From the human T2T-CHM13v2.0 reference genome, Homo sapiens: a stretch of 64,000 nt of DNA. The translations under genes were made by a program, and so were the position numbers. Below the pieces are notes generated by a model, which saw nothing but the letters and a program-made list of their open reading frames with translations, was not told where the DNA came from and did not search any database. Of this stretch, positions 13,589-26,848 are shown piece after piece. Numbering within the stretch: the stretch's first letter is position 1; each line of letters begins with the position of its first letter. The DNA is taken from the NCBI RefSeq assembly GCF_009914755.1, contig NC_060932.1; one strand, given 5' to 3'.

Positions 13589-14588
13589 CAGTCATGCACC
13601 ATATAAGAACATTTCAGTCAATGACTAACTGCATATACAAAAGATTATATACCTAATTATATACATACACGTAAGATTACAATGGAGGCAAAACACTCCC
13701 ATTGCCTAGTGACATCGTGAAAATCCTGACCCTGGGTAGGTCCAGGCTAATGTGTGTTTCTGTGTCTTCATTTTCAACAGAAAGCTTAAAAAGAAAATAT
13801 AAAAACTAAAACATTATTAAAAGCTTATAGAATAAGAAAATAAGGAAAATATTTTAGCATAGTTGTACAATGTATATGTATTTTAAGTATCATTACAAAA
13901 TAGTCCAAAGGTTTTAAAAAGTTAAAAGTTTACAAAGTAAAATAGTTACAGTAATCTAAGGTTGTTACTGAAAGATAAATATTTTTTATAAATTTAGCGT
14001 AGCCTAAGTGTTGATTGTTCATAAAGTCTACAACAGTGGACAGTGATATCCTAGGCCTTCATATTCACTCACCGATTCACTCAGAGCAACTTCCAGTCCC
14101 GTAAGCTCCAAGCATGGTAAATGCCCTATATGATGGTACAATTTTTTGTCTTTTCATTGTTTCATTTTATTTATTTTATTTTGTAGAGATGGGGGTCTCG
14201 CTGTGTTGCCCAGGCTGGTCTTTGAAATCCTGGCCTCAAGTGATCCTCCCACCTTAGCCTCCCAAAGTTCTTAGATTACAGGCATGAACCACTGCACCTG
14301 GCCTTTTATCTTGTCTATTGCATTTTTATTGTACCTTTTAAATGTTTAGATATGTTTTGACATACAAATACTTACCATTGTGTTACAACTGTCTACTGCA
14401 TTAAGGCAGCAACATGTTGCACAGGATTAGAGCCTAGGAGCAATAAGCTATACCATATAGCCTAGGTGTGTCTCATATACCATATAATCTAGGTTTCTGC
14501 AAGTACACTCTGGTGTTCAAACAAGGGCGAAATCACCTGATGACCTATTTCTCAGGACATATACCCATCATTAAGCAGCACATGACTG
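13589..14588. mobile_element. Tigger3b (MER7/Golem) non-autonomous DNA transposon
   Basis: TA|cagtcatgcacc ... gcacatgactg|TA terminal inverted repeats with TA TSDs. Confidence 0.85.
14160..14303 (-). mobile_element. FLAM/Alu left monomer inside Tigger3b
   Basis: gtagagatgggggtctcgctgtgttgcccaggctgg...ccactgcacctggcc. Confidence 0.85.
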
Positions 14589-16239
14589 TACCAACAGAGT
14601 AACAACCCCGTGAATACAACAACAGACAAATAACAAACAGTAACATTAATGATACATAGTTGCCGCATTTCAATTTCCTTTCATTTAAACTTTTTTCAAT
14701 AAGTTGAATTTATTAAATGTATTGCTAAGCTGGATTTAATTTTTATAATCTTTTGCACTCGGCACACAAGAATGACAGCAATATATCACAAAATTCTAAA
14801 TTTTAAGTATGCAACGTGAAATGGTTAAAATCAAACTATCTGTAGAATATACATATATTGATGGATGTAGGTAAACTGATGAATGCAGAATTGATAACAG
14901 GTAAATTAATATAGAATTTCAAAAATAGCCAAATGCCAATAAGATAACCAGATGTAGTTTCATCTCTGTTGGCAAAAGAAATATCTATAAATTTGTGCCT
15001 TTCAGAATGAATGATTGGTTCAACAATAGAGGCAAATTCTAAGGTGGAGTGGAGGCCCCCCAGAAAGAGGGCAGTCACCCAAATTAAGCAATTAAGTAAG
15101 ACTTTTGGAAATATACACTTTAAATCACCATTTTTTGGATTAATATTTAAGGTCTTCCATGATCATATCTTAATTTACTTCTCCATCTTAGTCAATAATC
15201 TACTATCCTCCACAACATCCTGTACTCAGTCTCAGGTCTTTTTAGAACCAAATTCTCCCCATGCTTTCCATGTATTCAAATAATACTTACCTTTCAAGGC
15301 AAAGAACAAATGAGCATACCTGGAAAAAGCCTCTGATTACCCCTTTCACCCTGCACTGCTTCTCCCCTCCTGTCCATATGATAACCACATATCCCTGACT
15401 TCCCGTTCTGATCCTGATCATCTCAAACAGTCTGTCTCCTTATGAAAGCACATCTGTCTCTGTGCAGGATCTTCAGCATGAAACAAGTCATCTGTTCATG
15501 AGATTCGTACCAATCATTTGGCACTTAATTACGTATCATCTTCTATTTAATGGTTCCTCGTATGAATGTTGTCTTGCTTGTAAGTTCATTATCTCCTTAT
15601 AAGCAATGACTAGCAATATTGGGCACACAGCAAATACTCCATAATTATGTGCAGAAATTAGTTAAACGTCATTATTTCCTGCCCTCCCCTTTTTAAAACT
15701 ATCTAAATATGAGAATCAAAACTATACAAATCTCAGTTCCCGACAAATTCTAGGAAACCTGCAGCCACACACAAAACAAGAGTCTCTAGTCATTTTCACT
15801 TTAAATAGAAAACTAAAACAAGGTCTCAGTCTACTTTAATTCTATTCATTTTAACCAACTCAAAGTTTACTATGACAAAGTTCACTATGACAATTGTTCC
15901 AAGGGTAACTAAAGGAATTACATTTCAGATATTTAGCAATCATCATCAAAAGGGCAAATACTCTAAGTTGCTTTTTCCTAGTGTAGTTGGGTATTGCATT
16001 GAGCCATCCCTATTAATTTGCTTGGGTTTCCCTAAAACCAACAAACATATTTCTGTAAAATAGCTTGCAAAGCTCCTGATGTACAGAAATGAACGTTATC
16101 TCTCCCTTAAGGTTTGACCGTGGCCCCATTAACACCACTGTCTTACCAAATGAACAAACTGTGACTGGATGCTTCAATATATGAACGGTATAGGCACTCA
16201 CACACAAAATATTGTTGCATAAAGGCACAGATAACTTAG

Positions 16240-16612
<373 letters not shown>

Positions 16613-16950
16613 TGTAGTTGTTTTTAAACTTCTTTAATTCTACAATGTTTTAAGTAAACAGAAATTGTAATTTATGTTTCTTTGTTTTTATATGTTTTTA
16701 CTTCTATCGTATTCCTGACATTGTAATTTCCCTCCGCTGGGAGGCAGGGGCTTTAACTTTGGTTGCTGGAAGTTACAGCGAAAGGAAAAAGTGGCAGGCT
16801 GGTGCCCAATTATAACAGAGAAGGAATTTAGATGTTTCAGCAGCCTGAGACACAGAGGACTGCCCCACGAAGAGTTCGCTCCCCTCCCTGAATGCCCTGT
16901 CATTGGCACCCAAATGCTCCCAATGGAAAGGAACTTGTATTGAAAAGTCT

Positions 16951-17483
16951 CCATCCCATTACTGGGTATATACCCAAATGAGTATAAATCATGCTGTTAT
17001 AAAGACACATGCACACGTATGTTTATTGCGGCACTATTCACAATAGCAAAGACTTGGAACCAACTCAAATGTCCAACAATGATAGACTGGATTAAGAAAA
17101 TGTGGCACATATACACCATGGAATACTATGCAGCCATAAAAAATGATGAGTTCATATCCTTTGTAGGGACATGGATGAAATTGGAAACCATCATTCTCAG
17201 TAAACTATCGCAAGAACAAAAAACCAAACACCGCATATTCTCACTCATAGGTGGGAATTGAACAATGAGATCACATGGACACAGGAAGGGGAATATCACA
17301 CTCTGGGGACTGTGGTGGGGTCGGGGGAGGGGGGAGGGATAGCATTGGGAGATATACCTAATGCTAGATGACACATTAGTGGGTGCAGCGCACCAGCATG
17401 GCACATGTATACATATGTAACTAACCTGCACAATGTGCACATGTACCCTAAAACTTAGAGTATAATAAAAAAAAAAAAAAAAA
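16951..17483 (+). mobile_element. L1HS Ta-1, 5'-truncated (about 530 bp) with poly-A and 9-bp TSD GAAAAGTCT
   Basis: ORF2 C-terminus (ORF 17019-17261 ...KTKHRIFSLIGGN); ACA at 17373-17375, G at 17458, T at 16979 and G at 16982; TSD at 16942-16950 and 17484-17492. Confidence 0.95.
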
Positions 17484-17636
17484 GAAAAGTCTGATGCCCC
17501 AGGCCATATCCTCTTTCTCTTCCAAAGGAAAAATACAAAAAGCTGTTGTGGTATGCCAAGATCCATAAAGAAATGGTCAGCTAGATGGGAAAAATCATAT
17601 AGTTTAGTGGTTTAAGTTTTGTTTTGTTTTATTTTA

Positions 17637-17933
<297 letters not shown>

Positions 17934-18219
17934 TCAATCAGTCAACCAATAAAACAGATAAAAGAGGGAGTGTTTTCGGTAGAGTGGGGGTGGGAGCACA
18001 GTTTCATAGCATTATCCCCTCTTTCCTCAAACCACAGGGAGGCACAGACACAGACTTTGGCTTAAAGACTGAAATAACAAAAATAAAGCCAGAGAAGTTA
18101 AATAATGTATTCAATACTAACAATTAAGAACAAAGCCAGAAGTATAGCCTACTTTCAAGGAAAGTTAGCACACTGTCACTTGGGAGCCAGTGGCACTTCA
18201 CTCCAATTTCCTGTAAGGC

Positions 18220-18450
18220 TGCAGGATATGGTGGAGAGACAGCCTTGATGTCATGCTTGACTGGGCATGGCAGACCCGTGACTTCCTTGCTGTGTAACCT
18301 GAGCTTAGTTAAGTTACTGGGCCTCAGTGAGTCTCAGGAACCTCATCTATAAAATGGGGGTGAGGGGAGAAACTGTATCAGAAGATCTGTCTGAGGTTCC
18401 AAGAATAACACAAAAAGTTCCTAGCAGAGTGTCTGTTGTATAATAATGAT
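18220..18450. mobile_element. MIR remnant
   Basis: gctgtgtaacctgagc...ctcagt...ctcatctataaaatgggg core. Confidence 0.6.
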
Positions 18451-19203
18451 GTAAGAGGGTTCACTTCTGCAATTTGGTGTGATAAAACAGAAAATGAAAT
18501 CTTTATGTTTGCTTTCCAAACAGCATTTTCATTTTTTATAATTCATAACTCAGGGATATATATATAGACATAGATATATAAATGTACACGTACACCTACA
18601 GATACACACACACACTCTACCCCCCACCACACACATCACTAGTCATCATGAACACAATGAAGCAGAGAACTCAGGTTTGAACACCCCAAATTAAGAAAAA
18701 TATCTTACACATTTTGTCAGCCTACACTGTAACTTAATACACACCAAAACAAATGCAACAACTCAAAAACTATCCGTCCACAAACAGCCAAGTTAAGTGG
18801 GACCTTTCACATTAGTCTTTCAATTATTATGACTCCAACAAGAATGATTTCTTCAGAAGGTTTTGAAAAATTTATACATGAGGAAAAAAATCAACCCACT
18901 AGACCAGGTTTCATATATTCTTGTTAACACATCTTGTCTTCTGGGGCCTACCAAAATGTCCATCTGAGAACTTTTTGCCATGAAAATCCCAGATCCTTAT
19001 TTCATAATGTCATAATGAGATTAAGATATAACAGGGAATATTTGTACACCACTGGGATTTTGACAAACCTCCAGATTAAATTAAGCAGAAAGAACAAAAG
19101 AGTATTAACTCCGAAACAAATCTGAAGGAAATCTGCTAGCAGGAATATCCTTCAGGAACAGCGCTTCACAATGTTAACCGCTACTGAAAAGTGTTGCAGG
19201 TTC

Positions 19204-19222
19204 AGTCCACCAGGGGGCAGTG
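19204..19222 (+). promoter_or_regulatory. CTCF binding motif
   Basis: AGTCCACCAGGGGGCAGTG matches the core consensus CCASYAGRKGGCR, in AT-rich unique sequence. Confidence 0.7.
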
Positions 19223-19899
19223 TTGTCTAACTATTAACAGAACTGAGTTCTTAAAAGGAATAAAACTTTTGTACTTTCTAAAAATTTCTTTCTAAGCTTT
19301 CAGAAGGAAAAAAATATATATATTCTTTGAAGGAAAACCTAAAAATCTTTAATTTAGGTATCTTTAATTAGGTGAAAATCTAAAAGATGGTCCACTTCTC
19401 AAAATCATTTTGTGCCTGTTAATGTTTATCATCTCTGTGGCTAGGATTCTCCTAAAAGAAATGAAGACATTCACTCAACACACCTAGTTCCACAACCTGA
19501 CCAGGGCTGCTTCAGTCCCGACCAGAACCCTCCTCCTCTTTGGCAACCTGATGTTGAAGTTCAGAGAAAGCAGTGAACAGTGACAGGTGGGACCCTATTG
19601 CTTCATCACAAATTTCAAGCTAGTTCATGATGGCCACTGTATTAAATATCTACCCACTATTCCCAAAAAACATTTTCATGCAGCAGGAAATACACCCTAA
19701 ATTTTAGCTTGAGAGAAACAGTTACCATGCTGTCACAATGACAAAAGCCCCAAGTGGGCTGCTGAGTGGCAAGGCACCCAGGGGATGTAGAGTACACTCC
19801 TAGAGCTACTTAAGAAACGGCCACCATCTACCCTGAGTAATTTCAATAATTGTGTGATCATTAAAAAAAAAATTTGGTTTAATCTAAACAACTTTATAA

Positions 19900-19947
<48 letters not shown>
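19900..19947. repeat. (CA)n microsatellite, one interruption
   Basis: Direct reading. Confidence 0.95.
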
Positions 19948-19950
<3 letters not shown>

Positions 19951-20239
19951 CCTTCTCCTATTTCAATGCATTCAATTACCTCCTAATTGCTAGATGCTTC
20001 AGTCTTTATTGGACTGGACTCATCCATGGCATGTCTCTGCAACTACTGCCACCTTTTGAAAATCCTCTCTCTCGTTTTCCAAATATTTTTCTGTTAAAGT
20101 TTCCCTTCTCTATCTCGGGTTGATTCTTCTAAATTTATTTTAAATACTACTTTGTCAACCTGTTCATTTTTTTTTTTCTTTAGAGTGCAAACTTCAGATT
20201 TCCTGTCATTTTCCACATGATTCCTGGGCAATCATACCC

Positions 20240-20930
20240 ACTTCCAAAATGTCTTCTAAGCCCCAATGGCCAAAGGCTTCAGACCTGCACCCACAGACCC
20301 AGAAACCAGTCTGGCCCTTGCAGATAGAGACTCCAGGCCTCCCAGGAGCCAGGCCAGCCTCAGGGGCCTCATGCTCTACAGAACCAAGGATCCAGGCCTG
20401 CTTCAGCAGACCCTGGGGCCACACAAGCTGCCACGAACCCAGGACCCAGGCCCATCCCTAGGGACCCAGTCTCCAGGCAGGACCAGTGCCAGCGGACTAA
20501 GGATCTAGGCCTGCCCCCAGTGAACCCAGGGTCTAAGCACCAGGCTGGCCTTCATGGACTCAGGATCCAGGACTGCCCGTACAGGCCCAGGTACCAGGAT
20601 GGTCCCCACAAACTAAAGATCCTACCTCTACCACTACAGACTCAGGCTTTAAGCACACCCCAATGCCAGGCCAGCCACTGCGAACTCAGGCTCCTACCCC
20701 AACCCTATTGATCCAGGTACCAAGCCCATCTCAGCACCAGGCTGGCCCCTGCAGATCCAGGCTCTGGGCCTGTCCTCACAAACTCAGGCTCTAGGCCCAA
20801 CTCAACAGACACAAGCTCCGGGCCCATCAGAGTAAACCCAGGCTCCAGACTTGAACCTGAAAATCCAGGCTCTAAGCAAACCCCAGGGGAGCCAGGAACC
20901 AGCCTGCCCAAAGGCTCCAATAGCAAGCCT
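20240..20930 (+). repeat. Degenerate 27-bp tandem array, probably the 5' region of an old L1M
   Basis: Consecutive 27-mers, e.g. aggctggcccctgcagatccaggctct / gggcctgtcctcacaaactcaggctct / aggcccaactcaacagacacaagctcc / gggcccatcagagtaaacccaggctcc. Confidence 0.7.
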
Positions 20931-22637
20931 ACACACATTCCCTTCCAGATGGGGGATTATAAGATCATCTCCATAGACTCATAAACAGCATTTGAGAAAA
21001 TTCAACACCCTTTCATGATAAAGAAAAAAAAAAAAAAACACCTTTCAACAAATCAGGTAAAGAAGGAATGTACCTCAACATAATAAAGACCCTATGTGAC
21101 AAGCCCACAGCTAACATCACACTCTTGAGAAACAAGGCAAGGATGCCCACTCTCACCACTTCTGTCAGCACAGTACTAGAACTCCTAGCCACAGTAATTA
21201 AGCAAGAAAAAGAAATAAAAGGCAGCCAAATTGAAAAGGAATAAGTAAAATGGTCTCTTTTTGCAACTGACATGATTTTATATACAGAAATCCTAAAGAG
21301 TCCACCAAAAAAAATGTTAAAACTAATAAATTCAGTAAGGTTGCAGGATACAAAATCAGCATACAAAAACCAGTAGCAATTCTATACACTAATAACAAAC
21401 TATCCAAAAAAAGATATCAAAAAATAATCTCATTTGTAACACCTACAAAAAGTAAAATACTTCAGAATAAATCTGACCAAGAGAGTGAATGACCTATACA
21501 ATGAAAACTATAAAACACTAATGGAAAAAGTTGAAGTGACAAAAATAAATGGAAAGATATCCCATGTTCAAGGATTGAAAGAATTGTTAAAATGTCCCTA
21601 TTACCTAAAGCAATCTACAGATCCAATGTAACACTTATAAATATTCTAATGGCATTTTTCAGGGAGATGGAAGAACAATTCTAAAATTCATACAGAACCA
21701 AAAAAGACCCCAAATAACCAAACCAATCTGGTGCAAAACAAAGCTGGAGGCATCACGTTACTTGACTGCAAAATGTACTACGAAACTATGGTAACCAAAA
21801 CAGCATGGTACTAGCATAAAAACAGACCTAAACCAATGGAACAGAATAGGAAGCCCATAAATAAAGCCTTACTTTTATAGTCAATTGATCTTTGACAAAG
21901 GTATCAAGGACACACAATGCGGAAAGAACATCAATGAATAGTGCTGGGAAAACTGAATATCCACATGCAGAAGAATGAAATTAAACCCTTATTTCACAAC
22001 ATATACAAAAATCACCTCAAATGGATTAAAGACTTAAATGTATGACCCAAAACTACAAAACTACTAGAATAAAACATAGGAAAAAAGGCTTCTTGACACT
22101 CGTCTAGGCCATGATTTTTTGGTATATAACACCAAAAACACAGGCAATGAAAGGCAAAACAGACAAATTGGATTGCATCAAACTAAAAAGCTAACACACA
22201 ACAAAGGAAACAATTGTCAGGGTGAAAAGACACCAACAGAAGTGAGTAAATACGTGGCAAATCATGTATCTTATAAGCAGTTAATATCCAAAATATCCAA
22301 GATATAAATACATATATACATTTTATTTGTCAAACAACTCAATAGCAAGAAAACAAATAACCCAATTTAAAAACCTCCTATGGGCAAAGGACTGAAACAG
22401 ACATGTCTCAAAAGAAGACATACAAATGGCCAACAGATATATTTTAAAATGCTGAACGTCACTAATCATCATCCAGAAAAAGCAAATGAAAACCACGATA
22501 AGGTATCACCTCGAATCTGTTAGAATGGCTAATATCAAAAAGATAAAGTACCAGATGCTGGAGCCATGTGGGAAGAAGGGGAACTGTGTACACTGTTGGT
22601 GGAAAAGTATGGAAGTTCCTTTAAAAAAATAAAAATA

Positions 22638-23055
<418 letters not shown>

Positions 23056-23120
23056 TCACAAGAGCCAAGATATGAAATTGACCTCAGTGTCTATGGATTG
23101 CTGAATGGATTAAAAAAAGT

Positions 23121-23121
23121 G

Positions 23122-23175
<54 letters not shown>
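23121..23175. repeat. (TA)n(CA)n compound microsatellite
   Basis: Direct reading. Confidence 0.95.
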
Positions 23176-23176
<1 letters not shown>

Positions 23177-23729
23177 AGAATACTATACAGCCTTAAAAAT
23201 AAAGAAGAAAATCCCATCATTTGTGACAAAACGGATAAACCTAGAGGACATTATGCTAAGTGAAATAAGTCAGGCACAGAATGACAAATACTGCACGATC
23301 TTATTTACGTGCACAATCTTAAAATGTTGAGCACACAGTAGCAAAGAGTACGATGATGGTTACCAGGGGCTACAGCAGGGAGGAGGATGAGGAGGTGTTG
23401 GCCAAATGGAACAAAATTTCAGTTAAGATGGAATGAATACATTCTAGAGATCTGTCAGACAGCATGGTGCCTATAATCAATAATGTATCACACACTTGAA
23501 AATTGCTAAAGGAGTAGATCTTAAATATTCCCACCACAAAAAAATAAGTATGTAAGGTAAAGAATATGTTAATTAATTTAATTTAATCATATCACAACGA
23601 ATACATGTATGAAGATATAATACTGTATGCCATAAATCTATATAATTTTTGTCAATTATATCTTAATAAAGCTGAAGGAAATGAAAAAAAAAAGGAAATA
23701 AGGGAGAGAAGTCTTTAACATTTCTTTTT

Positions 23730-25350
23730 AAATAATATAAAATCTCTTCCCTCTAGCCCAGACCTGATACCCACCAGCCCACTGAATATCTGCATCTGAA
23801 TGTGCCATGGGCATCTCCTACGCAACATGTCCCAAAGTGTCAGCATTCTTCCACCTTACCCCCAAATCCTCCCTCCCATCCACCCAGCTGCCCAAAGCAG
23901 AAACTACCCTCAATGCCTTCACCTTCTTTTCTTCCCGTATCATATCAGTAACCAATATCAGCAATCCCTGCAGTATGTCTTGTCTTCTGTATCTCCACTG
24001 CCTCAGTTCAGGTCTTCATTATGTGTCCCTCGCATTCCTGCACTACTTTCAGGCAGAGATGGAGATGGTTTACCCCACTATCCATTTCTCCTCTTCCCTT
24101 ACTGATAGAACCCCTCCATTTTTAGCTAGGCACACGGCCGCTGAATAAATACTGTATTTTCAGCCTTTCTCTTACAGCTAAAAGTGATCATGGCACGACA
24201 CAGGGGCAATGAGCTCTAACTAGAAGTCTTCCGTGGCAATTTCTCCAAAATAAAAGCAAGTCCTCACTCAACATTGCAGATTAGTTCTTGGAAACCAAGA
24301 CTTTAAGCAAAACGACCTACAGCAAGTCCTCAAATAACACTGTTTTGTTATATTGATAACATAATTAGTTTTGTTACACATCCTATATGTTTCGCTTGAA
24401 GTCGCAGTTTCCAAGAACCTATCAAGGATGTTAAAGACTTACCATATCCTTTTATTACAGCTAGTGCATGCCCCTTTGCTCTTGCGATTTCCCACCCCCA
24501 ACCCCGCCCCTTGCATTCCTGCTCTCAGGAACGTGGAGCTCAAGCAAACACATCAGAAGATGAGAAAATCTCCAAGGATGGCAGACCAACTAGCCCAAAG
24601 TAGCCAGGACCTGCAACACCGTGGAACCAACATACAAGCTGTGAATCATCTATCTGGATTCCTTTCATGGAAGAGAACTTTTATTTTGTCTAAGCCACCG
24701 GTGTGTGGGTGTGGGCAGGTGGGCGTGTGTGTTTATGTATTTATGTATCCTAACAAGGTTCACTGCCTCCAATCTCACCTCTCCAAAACCACAATCTATC
24801 TCTAGATTTCCTACTTCCAGAATGATTTCCAGACTGATTTCCTAAACCCTAAATGTGGAGAATCAATCCATTATTTTTTTAAAAAATTAATAAAATACAC
24901 ACTTACAGCATGCTTTAGCATGGCACGTAAGACCATTCATAACCTAGTCCCTGCCCACCTGAAGTCTTCTAGTTCATTGCTCCCTCTTGACACCAGCTGC
25001 TCTGACCAAGCCATGGTCTGCACAACACCACAGCTTTATATGTGCTTCTGCCACTGTCAAAACATCTTTCTTCCCAGCACCCGTTCTAAATTATCTTCAA
25101 AAACTCTGCTCAGATCTCAGATGTCACCTCTTCCAAGAAGCCTTCTCTCCATCCTGACTGAGGTACAAATTCACAGACTCCCAAAGCCTCTGTTCTTACC
25201 TCTACTGTAGCAGGTATCATCCTGTGTCAGAATCATGTTATTACTTGCCTGTTTCTCCAACCAGACTTCACAGTCAGGCTGTAGGCTTCATATTTCTACC
25301 TCTAGCCCAGCAACTACAGGTATTCACTGAATGCGTGTTGAAAAAGTAAA
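23730..25350. mobile_element. L2 remnant interrupted by an ERVL LTR (LTR33/16-like, about 24090-24750) that itself contains a Tigger-family MITE (MER82-like, about 24255-24443)
   Basis: L2 motifs (tgaatgtgccatgggcatctc...aacatgtcccaa; ctcagatgtcacctcttccaagaagccttctct); LTR motif ccatttttagctaggcacacggcc; MITE inverted ends gttcttggaaacc...gtttccaagaac. Confidence 0.55.
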
Positions 25351-26491
25351 TACTTCCAGGAATGTACTGAAGGAAGTTTTTAGCATCTGGTACTTGACAT
25401 ATTAATAAACAAAAAACTAGGCCTCTTGATTCTTTGCCCAGGCCTGTTCCCAGTACATCAGCATTTCTCCAACTGTGTTCCAATAACATCCATTCAGAAA
25501 ATGTGAATAATGTGTGGGTTTCCAGCTATGCAACACAGCTTCCAGTTCCACCAACCTGTCAAACTTTCACCACCCTCAAAGCCTCTCACCCCACCTTTTT
25601 GGTCTTCTACGTGGAGGGAGGGCACTGTACCTGTACCGTGCCCCTTTCCCTGGTTCCCACCATTCAGTCGTCATTCATAAGTGCCAGTTCAGACCCGGGG
25701 AAGACTATCTGGTCTTGCAATATTTTTAATAATCCTCTAAAGCTTGGCTAAAGACCGCCCTGAAACTCACCAGGCTCTACAATTTCCTTAATTCTCCTTT
25801 CTACAGATTAAGGTTTTGCCTCTTGGATTCTTTTTTTTAAGCACTAGTCCCTATCTTCATGATTTTCAAAGAATATCTAGAGTGGATATATAATTTACCT
25901 GCAAATATGCTCAGTTTCTTAGGATATTATGCCTCAGAGTTTAAATTCATACAAAAGGAGCCAGGTGATCTCTTCTGGGGCTTCAGCTTCTTCTAGCAGT
26001 GTTTGTTCTACCCTTTCAAACAAGCTGACTGTACTCCTTGATAGAGAAACGCCAGCCAGGAAGGAGTTTCGTATCTCTGCTTTATCTCAGAAATCTCTTA
26101 GCATTACCTCACACACCCTTAGAAAGGAGCCCCACCTTTCCTTTTTCTCTTTCTTTTTCACACACCACACAGTTATTGCCCCTGACCCGTGAGAACAGGA
26201 TTGCTCAAGCAGCCATCCAAGGACTACCTGAATCGGGATCATCCGAGAGCTCATTCAATACTAGATTTCTGAGTCAAACAGAATCAGAATTACTGGAGTG
26301 AGGTTCAAGAATCTGAATTTTTAACAAGCATGGAAAGCATCCAAGGTGGAAACAGATCGTTGGCTTGCAAGGTGGGGCGGGGCAGGACTGGGGCGGCCAG
26401 GATCCCCAGAAACTGTCACCTGCAGCCCAAGACCACTGCTTTCCTTCACTTCCCTGCGCAATACAAAGAGTGTAATTTTCTATGTGCGCCA

Positions 26492-26848
26492 TTTGTAGGG
26501 ACATGGATGAAATTGGAAATCATCATTCTCAGTAAACTATCGCAATAATAAAAAACCAAACACCGCATATTCTCACTCATAGATGGGAATTGAACAATGA
26601 GATCACATGGACACAGGAAGGGGAACATCACACTCTGGGGACTGTGGTGGGGTGGGGGGAGGGGGGAGGGATAGCATTGGGAGATATACCTAATGCTAGA
26701 TGACGAGTTAGTGGGTGCAGCGCACCAGCACGGCACATGTATACATGTGTAACTAACCTGCACAATGTGCACATGTACCCTAAAACTTAAAGTATAATAA
26801 AAAAATAAATAAATTAAAAAAAAAAAAAACAATCACAAAAAAAAAAAA
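26492..26848 (+). mobile_element. L1PA2-like 3' end (about 310 bp) with composite A-tail, no TSD found
   Basis: ORF2 terminus and 3' UTR; GAG at 26705-26707 and cttaaagtataat (ancestral, non-Ta states). Confidence 0.9.

Noticed and set aside
19192-19203. CTCF upstream (M2/U) motif TGCAG
   Set aside because: Spacing to the core (7 nt) looks shorter than the canonical arrangement.
20240-20930. CRISPR-like repeat-spacer array
   Set aside because: Human context, degenerate motif, variable parts related to each other and too short, no cas genes; best explained as an old L1 5' tandem region.
25929-26301. Possible processed-pseudogene fragment
   Set aside because: No recognisable protein in any frame, and no poly-A or TSD.
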